Below, piece after piece: positions 48,179-61,300 of a stretch of 64,000 nt of DNA; the stretch's first letter is position 1; every line of letters starts with the position of its first letter. The stretch lies in the NCBI GenBank assembly GCA_019828565.1, contig JAHDYR010000029.1:1-64000 (forward strand). The letters run 5' to 3'. Made by a program: the position numbers and the translations under genes. Under the pieces are notes generated by a model, which was not told the origin of the DNA, did not search any database, and saw only the letters and a program-made list of their open reading frames with translations. The DNA is from Carpediemonas membranifera BICM (taxonomy: Eukaryota > Protista > Fornicata).

Positions 48179-48349
48179 GGAACGCTGCAACACTACAATG
48201 CTAATGGACAGAGGGGAGGAAGTGGTCCACTGGTATGTCCTATGGGTCGCTTCTTCCCCTCTGTCCATTTTTTACACGATATCGATTTGCCGGATTTGAC
48301 ACATGTTGTGCGATCTTTAACTCCTCGCGTCCAACCACCTCTCCCAAAC

Positions 48350-49018
48350 GATCTGCAAGATCGACCAGCCCCTGGATCACTTGGGCCTGCCTCCGTGCCC
48401 GGCCTGTTGCGATCAATGATGGTGATTACTTGCAACGAACGCGATCACCGGAAATTACCTTACCTTACCTTACCTGCAGGTACCATGGGTGTTCGTTTTC
48501 GTCTCCAAACGCCATGGTGTAAGAGCATAAAGTGCATTTTCTGTTTACTGTGCCGTTGGGGATTGATGGCGCTGGCGTAGGGGTGCTGTGTGGGCGCCAG
48601 GGATGACGGCGCCAGGGATGAGACGCCAGGGATGAGGGAGCCAAGATGAGGGCGCCAGGGATGAGGCGCCAGGGATGAGGCGCCAGGGATGAGACGCCAG
48701 GGATGAGGGAGCCAAGATGAGGGCGCCAGGGATGAGGCGCCAGGGATGAGGCGCCAGGATGAGGGAGCCAAGATGAGGGCGCCAGGGATGAGGAGTACAG
48801 TATTTGAACCCCGAAAACGCCATATTACCAGCACCAATGAGCTTCATCAACGAAGATGCGCTCACTGGTGCCGGTTATGGCGTTTTCGGGGTTCGTCGAT
48901 CATTCTGCTCCCAAATCTGCACCTGTATTTTCGTGAGCATGCCCGGGAGCTGGGCCAGACGAGTGGTGCCACAGGGACTAAGCTCCGCTGCTCAGCCTCT
49001 GCCAGGCGACACTCGTCT
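48350..49018 (+). repeat. Block X (copy at 54536-55133) containing a 14 bp GGCGCCAGGGATGA minisatellite (48593-48793)
   Basis: Near-identical copies differing in minisatellite unit number. Confidence 0.95.
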
Positions 49019-49156
49019 GAATTCTGCACGAAAAAAATTCAGACGACGAATGATGGGCAAAGGGCCGCGAAAACGCTGAAGTACCAGCGCAAGTAGAGCG
49101 GTTTGCAATAAAATAGCTTACTTGCGCTGGTGCTGGCGTTTTCGGGGCCCTGAATT

Positions 49157-49290
49157 GCCCCGGGCGCTCTCCCGGGCTCCTCTCTCCCGGGCTCCTCTCT
49201 CCCGGGCTCCTCTCCCCCGCGCTCTTCTCCCCCGGGCGCTCTCCCGGGCTCTATCCTCCGGGGCTCCTGTCCCCAGCGCTGTTTCCCAGG
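49157..49290 (+). repeat. ~15 bp CCCGGGCTCCTCTCT minisatellite
   Basis: Tandem degenerate units visible. Confidence 0.85.
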
Positions 49291-49763
49291 CGCTCTGCTC
49301 TCTCCAGCGTCCTCACTCGTAAATGTACGTTGCTGTCTTGTCTGCTTGATCTGATTTCATTTAGTGTGCACTTTAGGGGATAGTTTCATTGCAACGCCAA
49401 AATGGCGAGTTCAGGTTGTAGCAATGATCTGATGCGCGGAATGTACTAGAAAACATTGCAATTACAACGCAAAGCAGCGAAAAGCGGAGAAATCAACATC
49501 AATAACAACATCAACACCAAAAGAACAGTATCCCAAAGAGTTGTGGGCGTTGCTGCGCCAAAGAGCAATAAATGACCACAAAGCATTCGCTTATGCACAA
49601 TTAGCTGCCAGAAAGAACACTACACCGTTACTTTGGATCATCCCAGTTCGCCGGAGATGACGCAGGTCCAGAACGCTGCCTTGGAGGGCTGGTGAAGCGG
49701 TTGTGTAGCGCTTACTCGCCTGGCCTTTGGGGCTCTCTCAACATCCTTCCAGACTACTGCATT

Positions 49764-50177
49764 GTCATTCACCGGAGGAGCAGGCCAGAGTCACTTGCCA
49801 TCTGGCGCATCATGAGGAGATATTGGAATGTGATGATGTGTTTATTGACTAAATGAGCTGGAATTAGGCGGGTTTGATGTTGCTTACATGTTCTGTGGCA
49901 TGCCTGATGTCCAAAGATGTATTTTGGCACAGTGATGTTGTTTAGTGTGCTCATTGCTGACCGCATAGTTATCTGACTTCAATGTGTCGTGTTGATGGCA
50001 AGAAATCGATGGTAGCTCGCACGTTTGAGGTAGTTGCTTGTTGCATCGATGCAACGCACTTTAAGGATTAAAAAGCTGCACCCCATAGCCGTTTCCTAAG
50101 GCCAGATACGGTCCTCTCTAGCGTATATACACGCGTGAATTGGGACTAGATGGGACTAGATGCAGTGTTGTGGCATG
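49764..50177 (+). repeat. Block Y (copy at 54123-54536)
   Basis: Near-identical ~414 bp direct duplication. Confidence 0.95.
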
Positions 50178-50306
50178 CCCGGTTTAGCTGAATCCACAAA
50201 TGTGGATCGGCTCGGGCTGCCGTATAGGTGGCCTGCTCTGGACTTATGGCTGGAGATACAGTTGGCAGGTAGTTGACTCGTACATGCTCATATGGACAAC
50301 CGACGG

Positions 50307-51017
50307 CCATTTACTTCTGGTGCTTTTCCTGCTCTCTCTTCTCCATCTGGTCGTCATACTCGGCCCTCGTCAGCCTCACAGTTGTCATCCCGGCATCACG
50401 GATGTGCTCAAAGGCCTCAACGGGCAGCTTCGGCATCCCGTCGTCGCTGTCGCTGCTGCTGCCCAAGTCTGACTCGCTCTCGTGATAGCGGCGAAGGCGA
50501 ATGCGTTTAAGGTGCTAGGCATCACAGCGGACATCGCGGATGGTGCCCCGGTGAATAGCAACCAGTCAGCGAGTTCCGGGGGAATCTGGAGCTCGCTCAC
50601 ATCAATATCGCGGGCTGATGTGGCAGTCATGCCTGTGTGGCTGATGATAAGAGCCAGCGCATTGTAGGGGAAGACTAGTCGGACAATAGCTTCCAATGCG
50701 ACAGGCTCAAACTGCCCAAGCGGCTTGACATTGTCTCTGCCGGAGTTTCGGAATGAGTTGACGGCACTGAGAGTGACAGCAGCGGTTGCCTTGCTCAATG
50801 ATGCAGCAAAACCGGGCACAAGCGATCTAACCTCCTCGGACCGGATCACGGAGAGCGCTTCGTCCTCGGTACTCCCTCGCTCACGTTGTACGAATTGAAC
50901 GAACCGCGAAAGGTTGTTTGCGGCCGCTTTCCGGGAAGATTTCTTGCTGATGGTGCATAACCAAGCATTCTTCACAGCTTCCATGGTTGTTTCCATCTCC
51001 CGCGGACTTCCTTCCAT
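50307..51017 (-). CDS. Tyrosine-recombinase-derived protein, paralog of 4379-5569
   Basis: NNLSRFVQF..IRSEEV..LSAVNSFRN..PYNALALIISHTGMT. Confidence 0.55.
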
Positions 51018-52253
51018 CGATATACGGATTTCAGACTTTCGTCATGCACAAAAATTCGAATCTCTCCAAATGCCCAAAACAGTGGTCAACCCGTGTTCAG
51101 GGGTACAAAAGAGTGCCATAGGCACGTTCTTGCATTTCAAAATATTCTAGAGGTCGTTCATAAATTCTCAGATGGCCAACAGTACGAAAGTCTGAAATCC
51201 ATTTATCATGAGACCCGACAAATTTGAAATCCATTTATCGGGTGGATACATCACTGTAGAGGGTATTCATGGATATAGGTGCCTTTTCGGTGCCGAGGGG
51301 AGTCAACATTTGAGGTCGTGCAGGCAGAAAGTCTGAAATCCGTATATCTCATCACTGCTTATAGATCCTGGCAGACAACGCCTTCCTGGCGACGTCTGGG
51401 GTGTAAGGATTCGCTTGCCTCTGTGTTGTCGCATCAGCTTCGCTGAAAACGGGGGAACTGACCCGCGCATTCGCGCACTTTATGCTCGCAACGAGATTGA
51501 AATGGCGAACTTAAGAATAGAAAGAATACTGGCGGCTTTAACGTAGTAGGCATGCACATATCACTAAGAAACATCAGTATGCGGGCGCAGAGCATCATTA
51601 AAGCAACAATTATCTCTAAACAACATCAAGTACCAAAAGTCCATCAGGACGAAACGATATGAACTATAAATGGAGCACAGAGCAGTACAGATGATTTGAG
51701 AGTACCAGGCATGGCCAGAATACCGCAATTATCGTCCGTTCATCCACGTGACCTCCATCTTGGTCGGTATCCAGAGAACGCCCGTCAGACGCTTGCAACG
51801 GAACATTTAGGGGGAGCATCCTGAATGGGGCCAGATTTGAGGGACCCTTGGTCTGACATGTCATGACCGAGTACTCTAGGGGCCTCCACAGTGCGTCCCG
51901 AGGTACGTTATAGCACCACAGACCTTCCCCCAAAAGCTGACTCCTGGACCCCTTGGCCGGAGCTCGCCCGAAGCGTGCCTCGGCTTGAACTAACGGCAAG
52001 AGAGCATAAAATCAGCCCTTTCGAACCGTGTTTTTATGCTCTGCTGCCGTTATAGAATTATTCAAAGGGCCCTCTCTTTGCGCTTTTTTTCTGGTTCGTG
52101 GGACGAAGTAGGGACGGACAAAAAAGCAGATACGGAAGGTATTGGAGGTAATGAGGCCGCCTAGGTACATAGTTGCCGTGTGGATGGTTTCAGTTTATTA
52201 CTTTTGGCACTCTATGTCCATTTTTTTATGCTCTCTTGCTGATAGTGCCGAAC

Positions 52254-54007
52254 ATGGACTTGCTAAAGTGGATTGAGAGCGCTAGCAAGGAACAGTACGA
52301 TGCGATATTGGCTGCATACACCAAGGCAACCACCAATCATGCCAAATGTGCTGTTCTTCGCGCGGTTTTGCTGGATGAACGGAAACTGCTCGATCTAGTG
52401 ATCAGGAAGCGTTTGTAGTCATAGCAATGCTTATATAGGAATCAACCTGAACCATATCACCACGAAATTCCGCCTCATGAAGGACGAGAAGGAGGAGCTC
52501 CAGGATAAGTTGAAGAAGCAGTTTATGGCACTCGCCGGACCAAGAAGTTCCAAGAAGCTCGGCGCGCTGGCGAAGTGGGTTGACGACAACCAGGCTGATA
52601 TCGTGTATAGCCAGGGAGAAGCGCAAGGCGCGTAAGGCCATTATTGAGGCCATTGACGCCGAGGAGAAGGACAAGGGCAAGGGCAAGGCCGAGAGCGCTA
52701 AGAAAGAACCCGTCGACGATGAGAGTGGCGTGGACAGTGGTGAAGAGAGCGGCGTCGACGATTCTGAGTTGTGCGACAGTGAGAGTGAGGTGGACTTTGA
52801 CAACGAGTCCGACGATGAGATTAGAGAACGCGCGATCAAGCGCCGGCGCGAGAGAAAGATCGCCCAGAAGCTCAAGGAGTGGGAGGACAATAACGCTCGC
52901 AACTACGTCCTGTGGCATAGAGTCCAGAAGGAGGTGCACGGCGAGCTTCGCATTCGCGCCTCTCGAGAGTCAGCTTCGGTTGCTGGGGACAACCACGTCG
53001 ACGTCCAGTTCGACAGATACCTTCGCGTATCCAAGCTGCTCGAAATGAAGGACTGGATTCACAAAGACCTCCCATCTCTTCCGATGGAGGCACGAGTGCT
53101 CCATCACAAGGCGCAGAAGAGAGTACTCGAGCTGGAGGAGACCGTCACGAGGTTGCTGCAAGACGTGGGGTACGCAGCTGACATCTCCATGGGTGCCAGC
53201 CCGACACCCGCGCCGTTTCGCCGCGACCTACCCCAGTCGGGCACACACCAAGCACGAACGAGTACCCCCCGCCGTACGGGGAAGAGCGACACAATCCACA
53301 TGAAGCGCAAGGCCCTCATGACAATCCCTCAGAAGATCGCTGATGTCGATAGCAACTCAGAGGAGTCAGACGAGGAGGAGATGGTGACAGAGGAGAAGAA
53401 GCGCGAGGCACACGAGGAGGTGGTGACAGAGGAGAGGAAGGGTGAGTCACATGAGGAGGACGTGACCAAATGCGACGCCTGCATCCAGACTGAGCCGGAG
53501 ACTCAGACTCGCATCACCTCTGAGGCCGCGGTGCAGACGTGCATCAACGCGGAGGCTCTCACGGCTGGCTGTACCGCGATTCATGTCAAGAGTGACGGCA
53601 ACTGCGTTGCATATTGTCTCCAAGCCATTGAGTTGGGTGGCAGAGTTGATGGCGACTTCGAAAAGTGGCAGCGTGGCCTCTGCCAGTCAGTGAAGGCCAA
53701 GTACTGGTCTAAGAAGAATTTCACGGAGCGTAGCCTGACAGATCCGGACTCCGGCTACTATAACTCGAACGCCATCCGAGTCTGGGCGAGGAAACAGAAG
53801 CGGAACATCCTTGTTGTCCAGTCATACGACGGATACAACGGCATGCAAGGCATCTCCGCCATCTTATACCTGTTTGATGGCACCACCATGCTTGCACCCG
53901 ATGCAGACTTGTGGGGGTTGACAGATAATTTCGCTATTGTCATCGAAGGCGATCCGGCTCACGCCACGCTGTACCAGAAGAAGTGCGAGGTCGTTGAGAT
54001 TGAATAA
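52254..54007 (+). CDS. Coiled-coil/acidic protein with C-terminal OTU-like cysteine protease domain; frameshifted at the 5' end
   Basis: VKSDGNCVAYCL...GDPAHATLY (D-G-N-C and H dyad). Confidence 0.7.
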
Positions 54008-54122
54008 AGATTTGGATATGCCCGTGTAGCCAGCGGTTCATGACCTGCAGCAGACATTTGGACGTACAGCGGGATACCACATCAATTAGGTCACTTGCGG
54101 GCTAAGATTGTCGTTGTCGATC

Positions 54123-55133
54123 GTCATTCACCGGAGGAGCAGGCCAGAGTCACTTGCCATCTGGCGCATCATGAGGAGATATTGGAATGTGATGATGTGT
54201 TTATTGACTAAATGAGCTGGAATTAGGCGGGTTTGATGTTGCTTACATGTTCTGTGGCATGCCTGATGTCCAAAGATGTATTTTGGCACAGTGATGTTGT
54301 TTAGTGTGCTCATTGCTGACCGCATAGTTATCTGACTTCAATGTGTCGTGTTGATGGCAAGAAATCGATGGTAGCTCGCACGTTTGAGGTAGTTGCTTGT
54401 TGCATCGATGCAACGCACTTTAAGGATTAACCACCTGCACCCCATAGCCGTTTCCTAAGGCCAGATACGGTCCTCTGTAGCGTATATACACGCGTGAATT
54501 GGGACTAGATGGGACTAGATGCAGTGTTGTGGCATGATCTGCAAGATCGACCAGCCCCTGGATCACTTGGGCCTGCCTCCGTGCCCGGCCTGTTGCGATC
54601 AATGATGGTGATTACTTGCAACGAACGCGATCACCGGAAATTACCTTACCTTACCTTACCTGCAGGTACCATGGGTGTTCGTTTTCGTCTCCAAACGCCA
54701 TGGTGTAAGAGCATAAAGTGCATTTTCTGTTTACTGTGCCGTTGGGGATTGATGGCGCTGGCGTAGGGGTGCTGTGTGGGCGCCAGGGATGACGGCGCCA
54801 GGGATGAGACGCCAGGGATGAGGGAGCCAAGATGAGGGCGCCAGGGATGAGGCGCCAGGGATGAGGCGCCAGGATGAGGGAGCCAAGATGAGGGCGCCAG
54901 GGATGAGGAGTACAGTATTTGAACCCCGAAAACGCCATATTACCAGCACCAATGAGCTTCATCAACGAAGATGCGCTCACTGGTGCCGGTTATGGCGTTT
55001 TCGGGGTTCGTCGATCATTCTGCTCCCAAATCTGCACCTGTATTTTCGTGAGCATGCCCGGGAGCTGGGCCAGACGAGTGGTGCCACAGGGACTAAGCTC
55101 CGCTGCTCAGCCTCTGCCAGGCGACACTCGTCT
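54123..55133 (+). repeat. Fused Y+X duplicate
   Basis: Y copy 54123-54536 joined directly to X copy 54536-55133. Confidence 0.95.
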
Positions 55134-56502
55134 CAATCATCTCAGCGACGTTGGCACCGTTGACTGACGAAGCTTGCATTGCACGCGTGGAGTCAACGGA
55201 CATAGTGGGCTGCTCAGCGGTCTGAACAGTGGGGTGGGGGGTGGGGACGGCAGGATTGCGGCGCGGCTGGCATACCCGGAAGGCTCTTTGGGAGCTGTCG
55301 AGCTTGGAATTTCGCAAATGATCAGTTTCAGCGTCAGTGAGAGTTACAAGCTGGCTGAGTCCGGCTATCAATGCGGCACGCCCTGTATCTGTCGCGTGAA
55401 TTCCTTGGTAGATGCCCTTCGTGTTAGGAGAGAGTTTGCGGCCAGCAAGGTTCTCGATAGCCTTGGGTACTGACCTCATGAAGTCCTGCTTACGCGGCAT
55501 GCGCTCTAGAACAGTTTTTGGGAGGATTGCAAGGATTGCATCCGCGATGGAGCGACAATCGCATTTCGTGCTTCTCTCTTCCCAACGATAGCATGTTGCG
55601 ATGATTGTGTGCACAATATCACGCACAGTATCTCTTGAAAGCCGCTCCTGGTCTTCTACCATACTGCCCCCCTTTTGTGGGGGTGTAAAAAAACTGAGTG
55701 CAGTTTTAAGTTGGAAATGGAATCCTACAGGTATAGAGACTAGTACGAAGATAGGAACCGTTATAGCTGCAATTGATGCAATATTAGCACATCCAGGACT
55801 GTGGGCGGTAGCAGAGCGTGCTGGAATGGATAGATTAGCAAGAGCGAAGGACTTACTCAATATAGAGCAAGAAAGGGCCAAATGCGGGATTCCGCCATCA
55901 AGTTCAGAAGAGTACAGTGATTCACAGTAAACCGTAGCGATCTATTGAGTTATATTCAGTTCTGGCCATGTTCGGCTTTTCCGGAATGTCAAAAATTTGA
56001 CACGTCCATTTCTCCAAATTGCTGATTGCCAACGCTAGACCAGACATGCCAGGCTGTAGTACACGTGCTATACTACAACGTGGTGGTTCTGGTTTGCCGT
56101 TGGCAATCAGCAATTTCGAGAACAGACAAACTTCTTTTGCGATTTTTGCAACTTCTGGAGCATATATCATTTGGTACAGACCCAGCCACGCAATAAAAAC
56201 GCATAGCGTGGCTTACCATGGTCGGAACTATCTTAGAAAAGTTTGCGGTAAATATTGAGTAAATATTTGATATAGATCTCGAGATTTAATGTCCCTTAGG
56301 TAGCCCTTGGATGCAAACATCCGCCCAGTAAATTTCGCTGTACAGCTCTAGCCCAATACAAAAATATGAGGGCTCGAAGTTTTGGCCTTCTCAGAAAAAG
56401 GTGGCAGTATACTGCTACTTTTCTTTGCTTGAGTAGCTGTATTACACCCCCTCCAGACAGCATGTCTTTGGCACCAAGAACCCCAAACGGGGCCAGATTA
56501 TC

Positions 56503-57825
56503 ATGACCAACTGGGAGGAAAACGATTTCAGCTCCGGAAAGGGTATCACCAGAGCCCTGGAAGGAACAGCCGTGATCATCGGAAACCCAGAATCGCTCGC
56601 GAGAGTAGGCGAACCAGCGCGACCCATCCTCCTGGAAATCCACTCGGAGTGGAACGGGCGCCGCCGCGCTGTCCAAGACGGTTTCCCTTGGGCGAACCTG
56701 AGGGGGGAGCCACGGAAATAGACGCGGAAAAGATGCTTACTCTAGACGTCAGCGACACCAAAACGATGACCCTATCCCAAGCGGCGTCTTTGATGCCCGT
56801 CCACAAATTCGACATAGCTGGAGGCCACATGGGCAGAGAAGCCAGGAAGAAGATCTTCAACTACTTCACGGAGGTCCCAGCCGACGATCGAGAACTCCTG
56901 GCCAACATGTGTGTCGACCCGGAGACAGGCTCCATCAACTTCCTCCCCTCGTTCCTCCCCCGGGACTGGGGTATCACGGATGAACCAGCAGAAAGAGGGA
57001 AGAGGCGAGTGGGCACCTTGAGGAGCGCCTCCTGGATAGGCAAACTCGCCCTGGCGGGCTCAGGCGTGGAACACCCAAAAGGGGGGAAGCCATGGGACAC
57101 GCTGAACTGTGTTTTCCCGGAAGGCGCCAGCACTAACGCCAAGAACAGACTGAGGACCGAGAGGAAGCAGGCGCTTCGAACAAAGGTGAGACGAAGGGCT
57201 ACTGAACTCGCCAAGATGCTCCACAGGAGGACGGAGGTCTACCTGCCGAATGGCGGCATAGGGGGCCTATATGGCCCTCCACGCGGGCAAATTGTCACTG
57301 AACAACCGCAAAGTAGCAGGACAGAGCGAACAGAGCCCGGGCCCCCTCCAACTAAGAGCTGTGCCCCCCATACCCCCAACCCATCAGCCAAGACCCGCCA
57401 GGTCAGACAGGTGGACCAAGAGGACCTGCAGCCCAAAAAGAGCACGACAGGAGGACACCGACCTGGGCAGAGGCATAGCGGCCCTGCTGGACCAAGCCAT
57501 GGCCCGGCGAGAAGCAGAGGTCAGACAACAGCTGGAAGAAGCTGCAGCCAGAACCATCAACGAGCTCAAGGCCAAAAGCCAGGAGCTGGAGGAAGAACGG
57601 GAAGCCCGGAGAGCAGCCCAAGCTGCGTTGGACGAGATGCGGAAGGACCTCAGGGAGACAACGGAGAAGTGCTCGTCTCTAACCGAAGAGAACGAGGACT
57701 TACTCAGCCGCGCGGCCCGACTCTCGGCAACCAACGAAGCCCTCAGCTTCACCCTAGCAGCCAAGATGGATAACTTCAGGTCTGACCTGAGAAGGAAGAG
57801 AGGCGAGGAGAAGGAAGGAGAGTAG
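56503..57825 (+). CDS. LINE ORF1-like protein, C-terminal coiled coil, frameshifted
   Basis: ORFs 56503-56721, 56649-57773 and 57271-57825 upstream of ORF2. Confidence 0.55.
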
Positions 57826-58397
57826 AAACAATCATAAGTAAGAGGTGCAGAGGGTAGTGTGATATAAGTCTGAGCTAAAAGTGTATATATGAACCAGCAT
57901 GTATGGCCAGGCTGTGACTAGTAGGGCCTTAAAGTCCAAATGGACACCGGCGAACCATTCCGGCGGGAGCAAAAATGCAACACATTCTTTTTCAACAAAC
58001 CCCTGTGCCCCACAGGGGCCGGGGGCAGGGTTACCAAAAGGTAAAAAGAGCCCTGCCTGTCCGGCAGGCTGTAACTCCAGCCTTGGGAGGGGCAACAACC
58101 ACTGTCGCTCCCACCTAAGCTCGTTAGGTAATGGTCCTGCCATGCGGCGAGGAAGGAAGCTAAGCGGAGACCGGCAGCAATGCCGACAAGCATCGTGAGG
58201 CCCCGACTGTGAAAGGGAATGGTATGCCCTAGGCCGGGAACTAAGGGAATACAGGCACAAGCCTGCCCAAAAGGAAACGACTGCTCGGTTAGAGGCCTCA
58301 GCAACCCACCAAAAGGTACGCCCAAAAAGGGAATGTCTACAAAGAGCAGATTAGTGCGCGCAGGGTAACTCCCGCAGTTTATGTCAGAACAACCTGA

Positions 58398-61300
58398 ATG
58401 AGAATAATATCGCTAAACAGCGAAGGGCACCTAGCGGGCGCAAACGATTACAGCGGATCCATAGCTTTATCCATCCGCAAGAGGATAAGGACTGATGCGA
58501 TCCTCCTCCAGGAAACCAAGCGGTACGGTAATACCACCATCCCTTGCTGGGTAGATCTCCAGTACGCCTGTGCAGGAGAGGTCAAGCCATTAGAGGCAAC
58601 GCGCAAGCGACCCACAAAGGGACTGGCCACACTGATTAGCCCGCACTCCAAAGCGGAATGGGACGTAGGCGTGTCCGACGGGACGAACCACGAATCCAAG
58701 TAAGCATCCTCAAAGCATCGAGGGCCACGGCAGTCATCAATATCTACGCTCCCGATAGTGGATGTGCACGACCCGAGATTGAGGAGTTCGACCGGATGCT
58801 AGAGCAAACCGTCGCGAACTATGAGGGGTGTGACATCATCATCATCGGGGACTGGAACAGGAGGCCAGGGAAACTCAGGCAAGCAACTGCGATGACCCTC
58901 CAGCGATGGAACCTCACCCCAATAGCACCAACTGCACCGACGTACGGGACTAACTCCCGAACGTCCACAATAGACTTATGCAGCGGTAACAGGGGGTATC
59001 CAAAACCCGGTTGTTAGGGTAATAGACAAGACCACAATCGGGCACTGGGGGTCGGCACACAAAGCCATAGAGCTCACCTGGGATAGCAACCCGACAGGGA
59101 AACCAGAGATATCAAAGAGACTGGAAATCCCACGGATCGATACGTGGCTGGTCAAACCCAGGAGAACAGGGCCCAAGCTAGAAGAGTGGCCACCACTAGA
59201 CAGCAAAATACCAGTGGACGAGATGGAGACTCTCATAAGGAAATGGTTGTCCACCGGGTTTGCTACCTCCAGAAGGCACCCATTCGCTGTAGAAAACCAG
59301 GAACGTATCCCTAGTGAGGTATGGGAACGGCTGGCCAAAGCCTCCACCTGGAGCAAAACCGCCGCCAAAGATATCAAAAAGTCCCTCAACGGAGCACTGA
59401 GCAGATCATGGAGGACCTTCCAACATGACTGGAATGAGCAGGTTGAGGTTGGATCCCGTGATGGGTACAAAACGACAAAAAGGATCCTCGCAAACCAAGT
59501 GTTCCGCTTCTGGAACGAGAAGCAGCACGCCGGTCTCCCGGTGATGCTGAAGGCTGGAAACAAGATTCTAGCAAGGCAGAGGGAGATTGCAGACTCCCTC
59601 CAGGAGCAGTACGCGAAGGTAAGCTCCGGGAAGGAACCCACCTGGGAACCCACCTGGGAAACCGAGCCGGAAACGGACATGGAGGACCATCCGCCATCGC
59701 TTGAAGAAGTGACAGCGGCGGTCAAGTCCATAAGGAAGTCCTCGGCCGGAGGCCCGGACGGGATTATTGGAGATTGTCTGAGGGACCTCCCCGAGTCAGC
59801 GTACGAGGCAATCACAATCCTGCTCGCGAAAGTATACGACAGCGGGACCATGCCAACCACATGGAAGTATGCAGCGGTGTCGCCTATCCACAAGGTTGGG
59901 AAGGACAAGCTCACGCCCAGCTCGTACAGACCGATCTCCCTCACCCCCTCCTATACAGAGCCTACGGGAGGATACTGAAATGGCGCCTCAGGCCGACGGT
60001 GGAGAAGTTCATCCCCAGAGAGCAAGTTGGGTTCATGAAAGGGAAAACTGTAGTGGATCACATAGCCCTCCTAGCCCAACTCCACCAGTCCGGAAACCGT
60101 ACCAGCGTCCTACTTGACATAGCAAAAGCATATGATACGGTCCCAAGGGACCTGCTGGTGAACAAGTTGACGCTCATGGGGGTACACCCAAGACTGACGA
60201 GGGCCATCCGAAATACACTTACAGAAACGTACATCTCGGTACGAGGGGCAAGCACATGGTCCAGAACAAACATGGGGGTCAAGCAAGGATGTGTGGTGGC
60301 CCCCACTCTGTTCATTCTCTTCACAGCTAACTGGCTAAGCCAGGCGGCACTGTACCTCCGGCATAGAGAGATCCCGGACCCCTGCCTCCCTCCAACGGAC
60401 GATAGGCCCAAAAACTGCCTCATTGCAATGTTTGTAGATGATACAAGCATCTCAGCCGAGACCCCGCAGCTCGCCGAAGAAGGCACAGACGCAGTGGTCA
60501 GGGTAATTGAAGCCCATGGACTCCAGACCAGCCCAGGCAAAAGTGTGGTGATAAGTACCGACGTAACTGCAGCGGTCAGCATCCAAGGAACTCCCACACT
60601 GGCGTCAGACTCAGCAAGGTATCTGGGACTCTGGCTAGCCAGCGGGAAGAATCCGTTGGCAGCATGCATCAAAATGAAGACGTCACAATCCCGGAAATAC
60701 CTAGCCCTGGCAAGGAGAGCAGGGTGGACCAAAGGATCCACCCCGGCCACCACCTCGGAATCCATCCTCAGAACCTTCCTCTGGCCCAAGATCGAGTTCG
60801 GGATCGAGATCTGGGGCCAAGCGCCAGGGGAAGAGCCATCTGGAACAACTGGCGCGGCCTAATGGCAGGCACAGGACCAGGGGGAGGAGGAGCCGCCCGT
60901 GTACTAATGGGATGGATGTGCTGGGAGGCAGATATGGGGCAGAGAGCGGTGAGGCTCTATGAGTCTGCGCACGACCCGGACCGTCCGACCCCCTAGGGAA
61001 TCTGGACTGGGCGACAGCGGAGAGAGGATCGGTCTTACATCGCCTCTACCAATGGCGACGGAGCGTCCTCCAGGGCACACAGGAGGAGATGCCCGCCAGG
61101 GAAAGAGCAAAGAGGGGAGGCTGGACCCTCACAGCAGAAGAACTACTGCACACCGGGAGCCGAACGGCCAAAGGGGTGGCAACAGTACTAGCCCCGGAAG
61201 TCATCCTCAGCATGCAGCAAGGGAAGAGACCCAAGAAACCAGGAATGATCAAGGGTGAGATGATAACCAGACGGGAAGTCAAGAGAGTAATCATGACTGC

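Noticed and set aside
48593-48793. Tandem repeat as a CRISPR array or repeat protein (ORFs 48460-48865)
   Set aside because: No unique spacers; it is a minisatellite and the ORFs are by-products.
55093-56258. ORFs 55093-55881 and 55601-55930 as genes
   Set aside because: Overlapping opposite-strand ORFs with no recognisable motifs.
400-56400. Endogenous giant virus or Polinton
   Set aside because: No capsid, packaging ATPase or DNA polymerase motifs recognised.
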